Part shown: positions 30,650 through 44,783 of the stretch, one piece after another | Position numbering within the stretch: position 1 is the first letter of the stretch | Layout: each line of letters opens with the position of its first letter | NCBI GenBank assembly: GCA_951406725.2 | Contig: OX597826.1 | Coordinates: 70,928,001-70,992,000 of the forward strand | Source: Octopus vulgaris | Taxonomy: Eukaryota | Length of the DNA: 64,000 nucleotides | Direction: 5' to 3' | Made by a program: the position numbers and the translations under genes | The notes under the pieces: generated by a model | Databases searched by the model: none | What the model was told of the DNA's origin: nothing | What the model saw: the letters and a program-made list of their open reading frames with translations, nothing else

Positions 30650-31901
30650 TGCCGTATGTCGTGTACTTGTATAAGATTTGCAAGTTAATATTATATAGAA
30701 AATATATAAAACATGTTCACTGGCTGTGATCTTTAAAATGAAAACAAAAACAAAATTTTTTATACAAGAAAAATGCAGTTGTTTTAAAATTTGCTTTTAA
30801 TGAAAACTTTATTACTTAATTTTTATATTTAAATTGCTTTCCTGCATTTATTTTTTTAGGATCGTTTACAATCTGTTTTATTTTGCTCTTTTTCTGACAT
30901 TACAATTATTAAAATAACTCTGCTTGTTCCCTGTATAAGAAAATTATTCTTTGCCATTTACTTTTCCACTAACGTCACGTAGTTGATACGGTAGTTACAC
31001 TGTATGCTTAGTTAGTGCTAACACATCGACTACAGATATCGTTTACTCTCTAAACGAAATATATTTTTCTATGCCAGCCCGTGTACAATTTTGCGATTTA
31101 TTTAGTGATTATCCTAGTTTCCTCCCACTTGTCGCCAAAATAATGAAATTCATGATTGATAAATAATATTGTTTTCTTTCTCACCGTATTAATTATTGCT
31201 AATTAGAGTCGCTACGTTCTCTGCACGAAATATGTTAATACTTAATTAACTATATTTTACTTTTTGTATTTGACCCAGCTTTATGATTGGTCGTTGACCA
31301 AGCTCTGCGGCAGCAACGTTTGTTTAAGAAATCTTACAAACTTCGTTGTTTACTAGTGCCCGTATATAGCAAATAGTTATTTGTCAGCGAGTGGAACATA
31401 TCAGTTAAGATTACGTTACAAAAGCAAAAAAAAAACATTTTGTTTTAATGACTGTGCAGATTATGGTGGTAGTGGTGGTGGTGGTTATGACTTTTGCAAG
31501 AAATTTCATAGTTTTATGTATAGACTGGAAAATTTGGTGTGGCTCACACGTAAGTATGTGCGGATATATGTACTTATCTTGAGATGTATATATATATGTG
31601 TGTGTGTGTGTCTGTGTGGAAATTCGTACATGCATCCGTATATACATACATATATACGTGTGAGACGTCATCTAATTGATGTCATTGTCAAACTTCTTGT
31701 AAAATTTAATATAAATGCACTCCATTAAGATATATTAAGTAATCCTTCAGTTTAATAATCGTTTTTGTATATGACTTCATATTAAAAGCAAACATACAAA
31801 CATTAATACATATATGTATATAAGCGTGTGTGTGTGTGTACACATACTCACACACACATAAACACAAGCTCACAAACACATACAAACAGTATATATAAAA
31901 G

Positions 31902-31933
<32 letters not shown>

Positions 31934-31966
31934 ATATATATATATAATATAATATAATATAATATA

Positions 31967-32038
<72 letters not shown>

Positions 32039-32395
32039 GAGTACGTGTGAATTATATTAATAGGGGGAATTAAAAAGAAGACCAAAAGACATTCAAATAT
32101 TTAAATGAAAATAAATTTCTCTTTAAATTTTCATGAACACATTTCGTTAATGATTTAAGTAAATTTATCAAAATAACATAAAACAGAAACTAAAACGACC
32201 AACGTTTGCAGTTTGAACAATTGTATCTCAAAATACAATATTACGTCTACGGCGAGATAAGTAGGTAAGTCACGCTTTTGATTTCGAGCAGAGAATCTGT
32301 GTCCATTTTCACCACCAACACAACAAATGCTGTTGTTTGGGAAATGGGAAGAAATGTCTCAACTTTCATAGCTCTTCCTTACATAGCCTCTCCCC

Positions 32396-33138
<743 letters not shown>

Positions 33139-33675
33139 CGTTCCTCGTAAATCTAATAAAAACGTTCAAAATTTGTGTGCTGTTGTATAAGCACACACGC
33201 AGACATAGACACACATACACACACTCACATTCACACTCATAAGCACAGACTCTCTCACACACACAGACACGCACACACGCGCACACACATAAATATTCTC
33301 TGATATTTTTCGTTATCAAGTAGGTTTTGTTGGTGGTCTTGCTGGTGTTGATGTTGCTTTTGTTGTTTATGTTTAGCCTCTGGTCAAACCTAATTCACAC
33401 CAGACGTTTCATCAAATCTGTCCCAGCTGTGATGACAAATCTCTTATTTTTGTTTGTACCATAATCTCCATTAATTTTATATAATCTGCAATTTTGTTCT
33501 TCCTTTTTGGTTTATTTTAATAAATTGCTGGTGCATTCATTGTTTAATATAGTGAGTTGTGATTTGAGAAGAGAAAGATTTGCCTTGAATTCTAGATAAC
33601 CAAATAACCATGCCGAGGCTCCTCAAATTGACGTCTTTGTAGCTGTTGTACAAGGCCCAGTCCAATGTTGATCGA

Positions 33676-33780
<105 letters not shown>

Positions 33781-33834
33781 AGACATCTCATACGTAGGTA
33801 GTTACTGAACCACTAAGTACGATCCACAGAGCTG

Positions 33835-34100
33835 TGATTCCAGATATGCCATTGCTCCATCTAGTTGAACTCTGGGTATACCATACCTCCGTTAAATCGA
33901 AGTCCTCTGAATATGGCATATCTTCGTCTAAGTTAAGAGATCTGTACATGCCGTACCTCCGTTTAATTAAGCTCTGGATATGCCACATCCACTCATTCGA
34001 TGTGCTCTGTAAGTTCAGATATGCTATAACTCCATCTAATAGAAGAAGTCTGAATATGCCATACATTTCTGTCTCAAGGAAGATGTCCGGCTATGCCTTC
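33835..34100. repeat. Degenerate ~32-36 bp minisatellite, about 8 units
   Basis: Consensus approx. CTCTGGATATGCCATACCTCCGTCTAATTGAAG; units vary along their whole length. Confidence 0.75.
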
Positions 34101-34439
34101 AGATTAGATGAGAATTTATCAAGTCGTATCAATATATGGTCTTGAACTTAGACAAAAATTCATTCTTAAATATATAGTATGTGTGTCACCCAATCGTGTG
34201 TTCTCTCCGTACTTAATCTTCAAATTGTTTCAATGAGTATATTTTCTTTCTTTGTTTTTTTTTTCTTGTTATTGCCTTAACATTTTATTTCATAACAAAA
34301 ATGGAATTCCGTCTGTTTGGTCAATTGAAAACAATTGACACAGTTCAAAACATGGTGAAAAAATGGTGATCATCAAATTCATAATTTGAAAATAACATTA
34401 TATAATCCTAACAAAATGTATATTTAACTTAGCGTAATC

Positions 34440-34488
<49 letters not shown>

Positions 34489-34498
34489 CATATATATA

Positions 34499-34540
<42 letters not shown>

Positions 34541-34553
34541 CATATATATATAC

Positions 34554-34623
<70 letters not shown>

Positions 34624-35023
34624 GTATGTAAGTATGTATGTATGTATATATTTACTTCACATAGTGACTGAAAAAAGGGACAGTACCTTCGGGAAACGAA
34701 ACACAAATCTTTTTCGTGACAGAGGAAAATTCCAAGACACATCATTGCGTATCTCTCTGGATTTCATTTTCCTCTCGCAAATAAAGCATTGCCAAACTTT
34801 TATCTCAGCACGGACCAGTCACGTGTTTCGTGTACAATGACATACTTAACAACTTTGACCTGCCATCAAGAGATTCATGTTTCGAATTCTGAGAGGAGCG
34901 AATTAATCAGTAATTATTTTTATCATCAATTTCTCTTTTTTTCTCTCTCTCTCTTTAAAATGTTGTCTATGAAATGATAACTGATAGTATTGATTATCCA
35001 CGAGTTTTATATTCTAATATACA

Positions 35024-35070
<47 letters not shown>

Positions 35071-35426
35071 CATACATATATACATATATACATATATACA
35101 TATATGTGATTGTGTTTGTATGTGCGGACGAATTTAAACACACATATATATGAATGTATGTATATTTATGTATACATACCTATACACATATTCGTATATA
35201 TGTAAATATATATAAAAACACGCAATATTTATACTATACATGTATATATATATATACATGTACATATATATCTAACTTTAAATGTACATACATATAGGTA
35301 TGTCTATATAATATATTATGCGCATAATATATATGCATATATATACATGTATATGTGCATATACATGCATATATTTCCATATATATATATTTTTTAAATG
35401 ATATATATACATGCATATATACATAA

Positions 35427-35506
<80 letters not shown>

Positions 35507-35640
35507 CTGTCCTAGTAGTGAGCATGTTACTTTCAAATTCTCAACTGGAATTTAAAATATCTATATACACACTACATAGTTTTCAAAATTATTTTCTTTG
35601 TTAGTATACAGCTATACATATATATATATATATATATACG

Positions 35641-35703
<63 letters not shown>

Positions 35704-35946
35704 CTATATTTCAATATAAATATTAACATGAACATCAATATGTACATGTGTACATACATATACGTGTCTCTATATACATATATATATATGCGTATAAAAT
35801 ATATGCGTATATATATATATATATTTATATATACATATATTTTTATATATGCATATATTTACATATATATATATATATATATATATATACAAGCATATAT
35901 TTATATATGTATATATGTATGTATATATGTATATATATAAATATAT

Positions 35947-36055
<109 letters not shown>

Positions 36056-36285
36056 TTGAAATCTATCTAGACTTGGGTCTAGATTTTATGATTCTTCCAT
36101 TTTTTTTCTCTCTTCAATGAATTTTCTCATTTTTCACACTTTCCTTTTCTCATTCTGCCTGCATATACTACAAAAAATGTACATACATACGTATATATAT
36201 GTGTATGTATATATATATATACATGTATGTATACATATACATATATATATATATATATATGTGTGTGTGTATGTACATATACATG

Positions 36286-36422
<137 letters not shown>

Positions 36423-37395
36423 CATATATATATATATATATATACGTGCATGATATATGCAGATATAATATGTATTTGTGTATGTATCAATGTATGTAAA
36501 ATTCTCCCCATCTTCTCTTATTCTCTCTTCCTCTCTTTCTCTCTCTCCTTCTCTCTTCCTCTCCCTCACCTCTCTCTGTTTCTCTGAATTTCACTTTCCT
36601 TTACCCTTTCTCTCATTTCTGATTACATATCTGTTCAAAGATTTCTCAAAATTTCCCATTATTATAAACATCTTAAATGCATGCATCTCTTATGAATAAA
36701 ACTGATGAGATAAATTTCAATATGCACTAATGTTTATAAATATTTGTTTGTTTTTTTAATTAGTGTTTTTATGTGATTTGTTCTTATTCTTCTCTGTATT
36801 TTCAATTATACATTTTTTTAAATTTGAAATTTACTTTTCTAATTTTTTTTTCTACCACAATTTCAAGAAGAAAAAGAAGAAACTGAAATAAAGAATTCTT
36901 CTGCTCATCTTCGTAATTGCCATATGTTTGAGATTCGAAGAGTCTCAATTGAATAACGTGATTTTCGTCAAAATGAACCATTTTATTCACACACACATAT
37001 ACACACACAGATATACATACCCATATATGTATATCTAGGTACGTGTATAGTTTTATGTATATCTATATGCATATATATATATATATATATATGCATATAT
37101 TTATGTGTGTGTAGGTGTGTGCGTATCTATTTGTATATATATATATGTAAATTATTCTTCTGTAGTAAATAAAACAAGAAATCTAATTGGATTATACATT
37201 TTTGTTCTTTGTGTTTCATTTCACTCCTCTCTACGACTCAAATATTATTTACTTAATAATCGTATATGTATTATGTATAGCTATCTCTGTATCTGCATAT
37301 ATATATATATAGGGAGAATTCACAAAAAAAAATGAAGACAGGTGGTGTAGACAACAAATAGATGTATTAGTATAACACTCGGGAAGTGAAAAAGT

Positions 37396-37431
37396 TTTTA
37401 ACGTTTCGAGCCTATGCTCTTCCACAGAAAG
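37396..37431 (-). ncRNA. Variant minimal type-I hammerhead ribozyme motif in a probable Penelope pLTR fragment (approx. 37330-37485)
   Basis: Minus strand: cttt CTGTGGA A GAGC atag GCTC GAAA CG TT aaaa. This gives a CUGANGA-like core with A6>U, a 4-bp stem II, GAAA, palindromic AACGTT stem III and short stem I. Confidence 0.5.
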
Positions 37432-37480
37432 GAACACAGAAAGAAACAAGTGGAGAAAATAAAGAATGCGTAATGGCTAG

Positions 37481-37535
<55 letters not shown>

Positions 37536-37559
37536 TACATAGATGTATACTGCATATCC

Positions 37560-39580
37560 TAGTCTATTCTATGAAGAAGAATATCCACAAAGCAACTGAC
37601 GGGATCAACACAAAATGGTCAATTATTAAAGTGGGTACCATCATCAGAATAATGCAGTGGAAAGTATATTTTCACAACCGTTAAACGATTTCACTAAAAT
37701 CTATGTTCCATGTAAACATCTAAAACTAACCACCTTGGATTCAATTATTCTGTAACGCTGAAGCAAAATCCTTAGAGATATATCGTAATGATTTCTAACA
37801 AATACTGTAATCAGATATCATAACTTTTAAGAACTCTAACGAAACCTTCACATTTTAAGACACGATGAAACATTTATACAAATTCTATGAAGACGGGATA
37901 TGCTATAAAAAAAAACTCTCAAAATTACAGAAATGTAACTCAAATACCTATGGTGATATCTACTATAAGGCAAAATAAATACCGGGTACCAAATTTATAT
38001 AAAGAAGTGCTTAACGTACTTTTTGTTTAACTCTTAAGAACAACAAGAATCTCACTAGAAAACATAGTGCAGGCTAATAAACCTTGTCAGAGTGAGCTTG
38101 CATAAGTCAGCAAGCACCTACTAAACTGCATTAATGATATATATATAAGCGATACCACCAACTGCAAATTTACCCAATTCGATATTGTCGAATTCTAGCC
38201 TTCACTTTCAAAGACACGCTTTACAAGGACCGTGGAATTTGTAAAGGTGTTTTACGAGATTACGCATACCAACTGTCGCTATTTTTTATCAGTAACTCAT
38301 AGAAATCTTTCGTTAACTCAACAAATGAAAAACAAGCCTATGAAGGAATCCATAGATTAAAGGATGTAACCTGCTTTCTCTTCAGTTTTTCCCTACTCAC
38401 CAGTCAAACGGAATTTTAATTTTGAAATTTACGTACTTGTTCGTCTGAATGAATTGTGATATTTTGTAACTGAAGCTTTCTATCAGGCTATCAAGCATTG
38501 GTGTTCACAAGAACTCGATGTATTCACTTGAACAATTTCTATCTCCACTTATTAAAACGATATGATAAACGTCGCCCTTTTCAAGCCTAGCTAGGCTCAT
38601 GGGCCCGGTTTCCCGGTTTCTGTGGCGTATGTGTTACCCCAGCTGGACGGGACGCCATTCCACCGGGCGTTGTGTGTGTTTATTGAGCGAAAACACCTAA
38701 AAAACTCCACGAGGTTCCGGCAGGGGGTGGTGGCGACCCCTGTTGTACTCTTTCGCCCCAACATTCTCTCATTCTTTCTTCCTGTTTCTTGAGTAATGCT
38801 GCGATGGACTGGCGTCCCGTCCAGCTGGGTGGAACACATATGCCACAAAAACCGGGAAACCGGGCCCATGAGCCTGGCTAGGCTTGAAAATGGCGAAAAG
38901 AAAAGAAAGAATATGGTTTATTAGACCATTACGGTAAATCTAACATTACCAAGAATTTCTTAAACCTAATTTGAAAATAATTTGCATGAGACACAAATAT
39001 TCCAAATTGTTCAATCAGACATATTTATTAGTTATCGTGACAAGAACAGAATGTAGGGAATATCGTGGCATTTAGTAAGAGCCTTTACTACCAAAGAATT
39101 TCAGAGACTCGGTGAATAAATCGTCAAAAAACCATGAGAATAATACAAGATGTAAACCGACGCTTCAGAGGACATAAACTACAACTGCTAAAGTAGAAGG
39201 TTATGTACTTTCAGTGACTTATGCAAGACTGAAACTATAATTTATTTAGCCATTGTTTCCATTCCCAAAGATACAGAACCTCCGATATGGTATATCAGAA
39301 TACGCGAGGGTAGTCTCAAACATCGGTAGTTAAACCAAAATTCCACATTTCTACATAATGTTCACAAATAAATATCGCACCATTTCCAATGCATATATAA
39401 GACTGGAAGGAAAACGGTGCTGAAATTTTAGAATCACTCGGTCTACATTGAACTTCTGCAGCATCAGCTTCATGCATCACAATTGCGATAAATTTTTCTG
39501 GCTGCGAAAACTGATAAGACAAAAGAAATCGGAGCTAACTAGTAACTGCTGCCAAAAGAATTAATACTATCTTGAGAATT
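37560..39580 (+). mobile_element. Heavily decayed Penelope-like retroelement
   Basis: Fragments RIMQWKVYF (cf. RMRWKAxFF), PCQSELA*VSKHLL (cf. PAKSELGKISK), CKFTQFDIVEF*PSLS (RT motif FDIVDFYPSI) and C-terminal KSELTSNCCQKN (cf. RSELISKCRH), all in the expected order. Confidence 0.75.
38571..38910. mobile_element. Headless two-tailed SINE B1 (inverted tail fused to + strand body) inside the Penelope
   Basis: 38573-38662 is the reverse complement of 38805-38896. Body 38662-38910 matches B1 from ACCGGGCGTT onward. Confidence 0.85.
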
Positions 39581-39819
39581 CTGGGCAAACTATAGAAATA
39601 TTAAAATAGATCAAAGAATGTTAAATATATACATATGTATATATGTGTGTGCATACACACACAAGCACCCACACATGCATGCATGTATGTATGTATGTAT
39701 GTATGTATGTATGTATGTATGTATATATGTATATGTGTATGTATGTGTGTATGTGTGTGTATCTATGTATGTATGTATAGTGGTTGGACAAAATAATGAA
39801 ACCACTTTTTAGTTAACTA

Positions 39820-40778
39820 CTAGCAGCATAGCCCGGCGTTGCCCGGGTATGTAAGAGCCCCTAGTAGGCAACGACTAATCCCAATCTAGTCCTTTCCCTC
39901 TAGGGAACGAAGGCGCATGTGTAGGTTGCAATGTCTTCTCTTCACTCGAATACTTCTGTGTATACGATGTTCCTAGCTGTCCCTTTGGGCGAAAACATAA
40001 AATCATCATTGCGCCTCCCAACGCGTGAACAGCCCACGTAGAGTTGACCGTGGGCGAAGCACTGTTCGCCCAACTGTAACCCAGCGACTTGTAGCGTTTG
40101 GCCTTGGGATTTATTGATGGACATTGCGAAGTAGAGTTTAACAGGAAACTGAGAACGCCTGAAGTGGATTGGTAGGTCAGCGCCCGACGGTTGAAGGTGC
40201 ATGCGCGGAATGAAGACGTCCTCTCCCTTCCCACAACGGGTAAGTATTGTGGCTGTTATTAGATGTGGTGGCAAATGTTTCACAACCAGACGTGTGCCGT
40301 TGCACTGTTTAGGTGGAAGCAAATTCCTGATGAGCATAATGGGCGCACCGACTTTTAACTTCAGGATGTGTGGCGGCAGGCCTGGCGGTTCAAGTGAATT
40401 CAGGAATTCAACAGGATAATCGACAAGCTCGGCGGGGTCTGCTGTCCTATCAATAGATTTGTAGACGTGGACATCAGCAGGAATAGCTTCAAGTAGCTGG
40501 ATATTGATGGAGATGAGAGTTAAAAAGGTCGAGTTGCGTTCCCTAGACAGTGTGTGATTTGTGTTTCTGATTCTCGACCCCATGTCGAATTTATCGATTT
40601 TGTTCAGAACTGGGGGAACTTTTCAAAATTTTCGCTGCGTTAGTTTTGAATTATGACATTTGGCTATGTGTGTGTCAAGTTTCATCAGAATCGGTTGAAA
40701 GCCGTGGTCAGGGTGAGGTTACAACCTGACAGACACACAGACACACACAAGACAAACTGCCGTTTATATATAGAGAGA
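39820..40778 (-). mobile_element. Internally deleted mini-Helitron with both termini intact
   Basis: Minus strand 5' A|TCTCTCTATATATAAAC; 3' hairpin CCCGGGCAACGCCGGG then CTAG|T. Inserted between A and T with no TSD. Confidence 0.93.
39942..40583 (-). CDS. Helitron PIF1-like helicase, C-terminal fragment (213 aa, uninterrupted)
   Basis: YPVEFLNSLEPPGLPPHILKLKVGAPIMLIRNL, CNGTRL, QFPVKLYFAMSINKSQGQTL, FAHGQLYVGCSRV, NIVYTEV. Lacks Walker A/B motifs and the Rep domain. Confidence 0.9.
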   Translation of the reverse strand: MGSRIRNTNHTLSRERNSTFLTLISINIQLLEAIPADVHVYKSIDRTADPAELVDYPVEFLNSLEPPGLPPHILKLKVGAPIMLIRNLLPPKQCNGTRLVVKHLPPHLITATILTRCGKGEDVFIPRMHLQPSGADLPIHFRRSQFPVKLYFAMSINKSQGQTLQVAGLQLGEQCFAHGQLYVGCSRVGRRNDDFMFSPKGTARNIVYTEVFE

Positions 40779-40819
40779 TTTTTCTATTGACAATGTGATA
40801 AATGCCGAATTGTTCTAAT

Positions 40820-41123
40820 GTTTGTTCCTTCTCGAGCCACGCCTGGTTCATAAGGGCCAGATTCCCGGTTTCCTTTGCGTATAGGTTCCCCACCTGGACG
40901 GGACGCCGGTCCGTCGCAGGTGAGCTGCAAGATGTAGGAGGAAAGAGTGAGAGAAATCTGTGGCGAAAGAATCAGCAGAAGTTCGCCATTACCTTCTGCA
41001 GCTGCCGCGTGGAGCTTAGGTGTTTCGCTCATAAACGCACACATCACCCGGTCTGAGATTCGAACACGCCATCCCTCGACCGCGAGTCCGCTGCTCTATT
41101 CACTAGGCCATGTGCCTCCACTT
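40820..41123 (-). mobile_element. SINE family B, subtype B2, full length
   Basis: Reverse complement of 62557-62865. TSD AAYTGTTCTAAT at 40808-40819 and 41124-41135. Confidence 0.9.
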
Positions 41124-41149
41124 AACTGTTCTAATCTATATAGATGAGC

Positions 41150-41223
<74 letters not shown>

Positions 41224-42503
41224 ATGTGTGTGCGTGCGCGTGTGTTGATATGCATTATGTATGACTTGTACTTCGTGATATAACACTCCGTTTTCCATAT
41301 TTTGCTGATAAATTTAAATAAATTAAAATTTGCGCCTAAGCTGAATTTCGAAAGAGAAGAAACCGTTGGATCAATGATGGATGAAGCTTAAATTGCTGAA
41401 GTGTTCAATCTTTTCAGGATATATTCTCTAAAATTATGCTGTCATTCCAAAACCAAATCTGGAAAACATGATTCTGTATGGAAGGCAAAGGTCGTAGAGA
41501 GGAACCTCAGAATAGTGAACCGTATTGTATCTAAAAATCATCAGACTAGGCCAGCAAGAGTTAGAAGAGTTAAACTACTACCCTGCCAAACTTTTTCAAG
41601 TTCGTCGTGAGTCCTGTAAAGCCGGATAATTTGGAAGAGTTGCAACACTGATAAGGAGAAGTGGTCAACGGATCAATGGAGTAACACCACCTTCTCTGAT
41701 GAATGATCATGCACCCGGTTTCCACACTTTGAAGCGAGTTTATGTGTAAACTGCTCAAGAAAACCTTCAACTCATGATTGTTTGGTTTCTACTGTAAGGC
41801 GTTGAGCTAATTCTGTGATTATTTGGACAGTAATATCATAGAATTTTGAAGGCTCGTTGATTGTTCTATATATAAAGTTAATACCAAGTTGTGTTTTTCT
41901 TTATTCCGGCTGATAGTGTCTATTCTATGGCACAAACATTGTTTCTGATTGTCGTGCAATTTTTAAGGATGATAATACACCGACTTATACGGCGAATATA
42001 ATTCGATATAGGTGCGAAAAACACAAAAAGTTGGCCACTAGAATAAGTCTCCACAATCACTGGATCTCAATGTCATCGATTTTTGTGGTGAACTTTTGAG
42101 CAGCAAATGAGTAGCCTCTTCCCTCTACCACTGTCACCGAAAGAAATAACACAGATTTTGCGAGAACAAAAAAAAAATTGAAAAAAGACTTACCCAATTT
42201 GTGTTTACGTGAAATATTTACATCACAGAAAATTAGCGGTTCGATAAAAATAAAAAAGACCGATAGAATGAGTATCAAAATTAAAAGTCTCTTATACGAC
42301 CACACCTCGGTATATTTAAAGCTGTGAACGATACCTGTGATGGATCAAACCCGTATTACATAAAACTTCTATTCAGCATTATTTTTTCCCAAGGCCTGTA
42401 CAAATATTTATGCGTCTTCAATTATCTAAACTCTTTCAATTTTCCTATTTTTGAAACATTCTGCTGAGGAAAAATAATAGAACACACACGCATGCGCACA
42501 CAC

Positions 42504-42534
<31 letters not shown>

Positions 42535-42994
42535 ATACAAACACATGCACAAACACACACGCATGATTTATTCATATATATGTATATATATATGACATAA
42601 ATATATGCATCGATATACTGATACGTGAATATACTTACGTTTATGTGTGAATAACTATACATGCAGGTATGAGTATATATATATATATGATATAAATATA
42701 TACACGCCGACACATGCATATATTTGCGTTTATGTATAAATATATTTATGTGTGCGAGTGGGTCTGTGAAGAAATATGCCATATATATATATATATATAT
42801 GCACCCAATTATATATAGATGTATGTATTAGAATTATATATATATATGTGAGTGTGTGTGTGTGTGTGTATATATATGTACGCACATATACACATATATA
42901 TACATATATATATATATAAACACATATATATGTGTGTGTGTGCATGTATATATATATATATATATATGCACCCATTTATATAGATGTATATTAG

Positions 42995-43046
<52 letters not shown>

Positions 43047-43443
43047 CACACATATACACATATACATATATATTTACACATATATATATATGTGTGTGTG
43101 TGTGTGCATGATTATATATATATATATATACATACATACACATTTAAGTACATACATTTAAACACATACATATGAATTTAGAAAGCCATATAAAGTAAGT
43201 TTTTTCGCGCTGTATGGCTTCTTCAGATGATTATTAGTTATTTCTATTGTTGTTGTTATTAATCTAATGTAAATAAGACCTTACACAAAGCAACTTCTCA
43301 AAACTGCTTTAAATACAACCGGATTTCACTGAAATTATTTTAAAAAGATTTTTTTCCGTAACCTACATTTGAACAATCGAATGAAGAATAGAAGATTGTA
43401 AGATTACTTGGAAACAGAATATTTTTATTTTCGATTAGCATAC

Positions 43444-43743
43444 GTGGCTTCAGCTTTTAGAAACTGTTTACGAACATGTCTCATCCTCTTCCTATCTTTT
43501 CTGTAGTTATTATAATGGTCTATATTCCTCAAAGGAATATCCCTTAGGCACCCATTCATCCCTGCAACTGTCGTCAGTTTTGGTGTGTCCAACTCCTTGC
43601 CTTCCGTTCGAAAAGGAGTCCCCAGTCCTTTCTCTGAACATCGACCATCTTGAATCACCCTCTCTGCTTATTTCTTGCTGCCGTTGATTTGATTTAATTT
43701 TAATAGAACACCAATGTCATCAATCTCACCGGTACCACTGCAT
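43444..43743 (-). CDS. Candidate minus-strand exon; ATG at 43559 gives MNGCLRDIPLRNIDHYNNYRKDRKRMRHVRKQFLKAEA(T)
   Basis: Acceptor TATTTTCAG|ATGC and donor CCAC|GTATGC. Unique, GC-richer sequence. Phase-2 donor is compatible with the 26112 exon. In-frame TAA at 43668-43670 lies upstream of the ATG. Confidence 0.35.
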
Positions 43744-44154
43744 CTGAAAATATCATGGGCCCTGTCCCTTCATCTAGATTCTCGCAAGATATGTACGTAT
43801 CTATGTGTATGCATGAATGTATCTATGGATGTATATACATATGTATATATGTTTGTATGTATGCTATGCACGAAGGTATATTCTCCTCTCGTATTGTTTT
43901 TAAAGATTTCTTGTAATGGAGTTGGTTTCTAACAGAGATACAAAGCTCTACTGCTGGAATATAGATAACGAAAACACTGTTAGATTCTGAACTTGAGAAA
44001 AGTCTTGCATATTTTTATTGTTTCACTCACAGATTGTATTCATAACATGCGTGTTAGCTTGCTGATTTCTTTTTCTAAAAACTCTAGCTTTTCCAAATGG
44101 TCACCTACGTATTAACTCACAAAACGAAATGAACCAATTAATATTGGTGTTTAA

Positions 44155-44550
44155 AGCAGTGAGCTGGCTGTAACGTTAGCACGCCGGGCGAAATGCTTAG
44201 CGGTATTTCATCTGTCTTTATGTTCTGATTTCAAATTCCGCCGAGGTCGACTTTGCCTTTCATCCTTTCGGGGTCGATAAATTAAGGACCAGTTACGCAC
44301 TGGGGTCGATGTAATCGACTTAATCCGTTTGTCTGTCCTTGCTTGTCCACTCAGTGTAGTCCCTTGTGGGCAATAAAGAAATAGGTATTTCGTCTGTCTT
44401 TACGTCCTGAGTTCAAATTCCGCCGAGGTCGACTTCACTTTTCATCCGTTCGGGGTCGATAAATTTAGTACCATTTGCGTACTGGGATCGGTCTAATCGA
44501 CTGGCCCCCTCCCTCAAAATTTCAGGCCTTGGGCCTAGAGTAGAAAAGAA
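44155..44550 (+). mobile_element. SINE family A partial tandem dimer
   Basis: Full unit 44155-44383, then restart at GGTATTTCGTCTG with a different 3' tail. AATATTGGT occurs near both ends. Confidence 0.9.
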
Positions 44551-44624
44551 TATTGGTACGTGTGTATGTATGTATTTATATATGTATGTATCAATCTATC
44601 AATCTTGTCAGCTGGCCAACTGTC

Positions 44625-44639
44625 TGGTTGGCTGGCTTA

Positions 44640-44727
<88 letters not shown>

Positions 44728-44783
44728 TTGGCTGGCTGGCTGACTGATGGATGGAAGGCTGGATGGGAGGCTGGATGGATGGA
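44625..44783. repeat. (TGGC)n/(TGGA)n tetranucleotide microsatellite
   Basis: Direct reading. Confidence 0.9.

Larger units (their letters stand above)
39778..42400 (+). mobile_element. Decayed Tc1-like transposon hosting a Helitron, a SINE and a (TG)n tract
   Basis: Left end TAGTGGTTGGACAAAATAATG and degenerate right end CATTATTTTTTCCCAAGGCCTGTA. Transposase remnants WSTDQWSNTTFSDE (~41660-41705), AIFKDDNTPTYTANII (~41955-42005) and SPQSLDLNVID (~42047-42080). Confidence 0.7.

Noticed and set aside
33835-34100. CRISPR-like array
   Set aside because: Units vary along their whole length, with no constant repeat plus unique spacer. No cas genes, and the context is eukaryotic.
39316-39522. Minus-strand exon with acceptor TTTTGTCTTATCAG
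   Set aside because: Lies antisense within the decayed Penelope C-terminus.
39942-40583. Host PIF1 gene
   Set aside because: Intronless fragment bounded by canonical Helitron termini.
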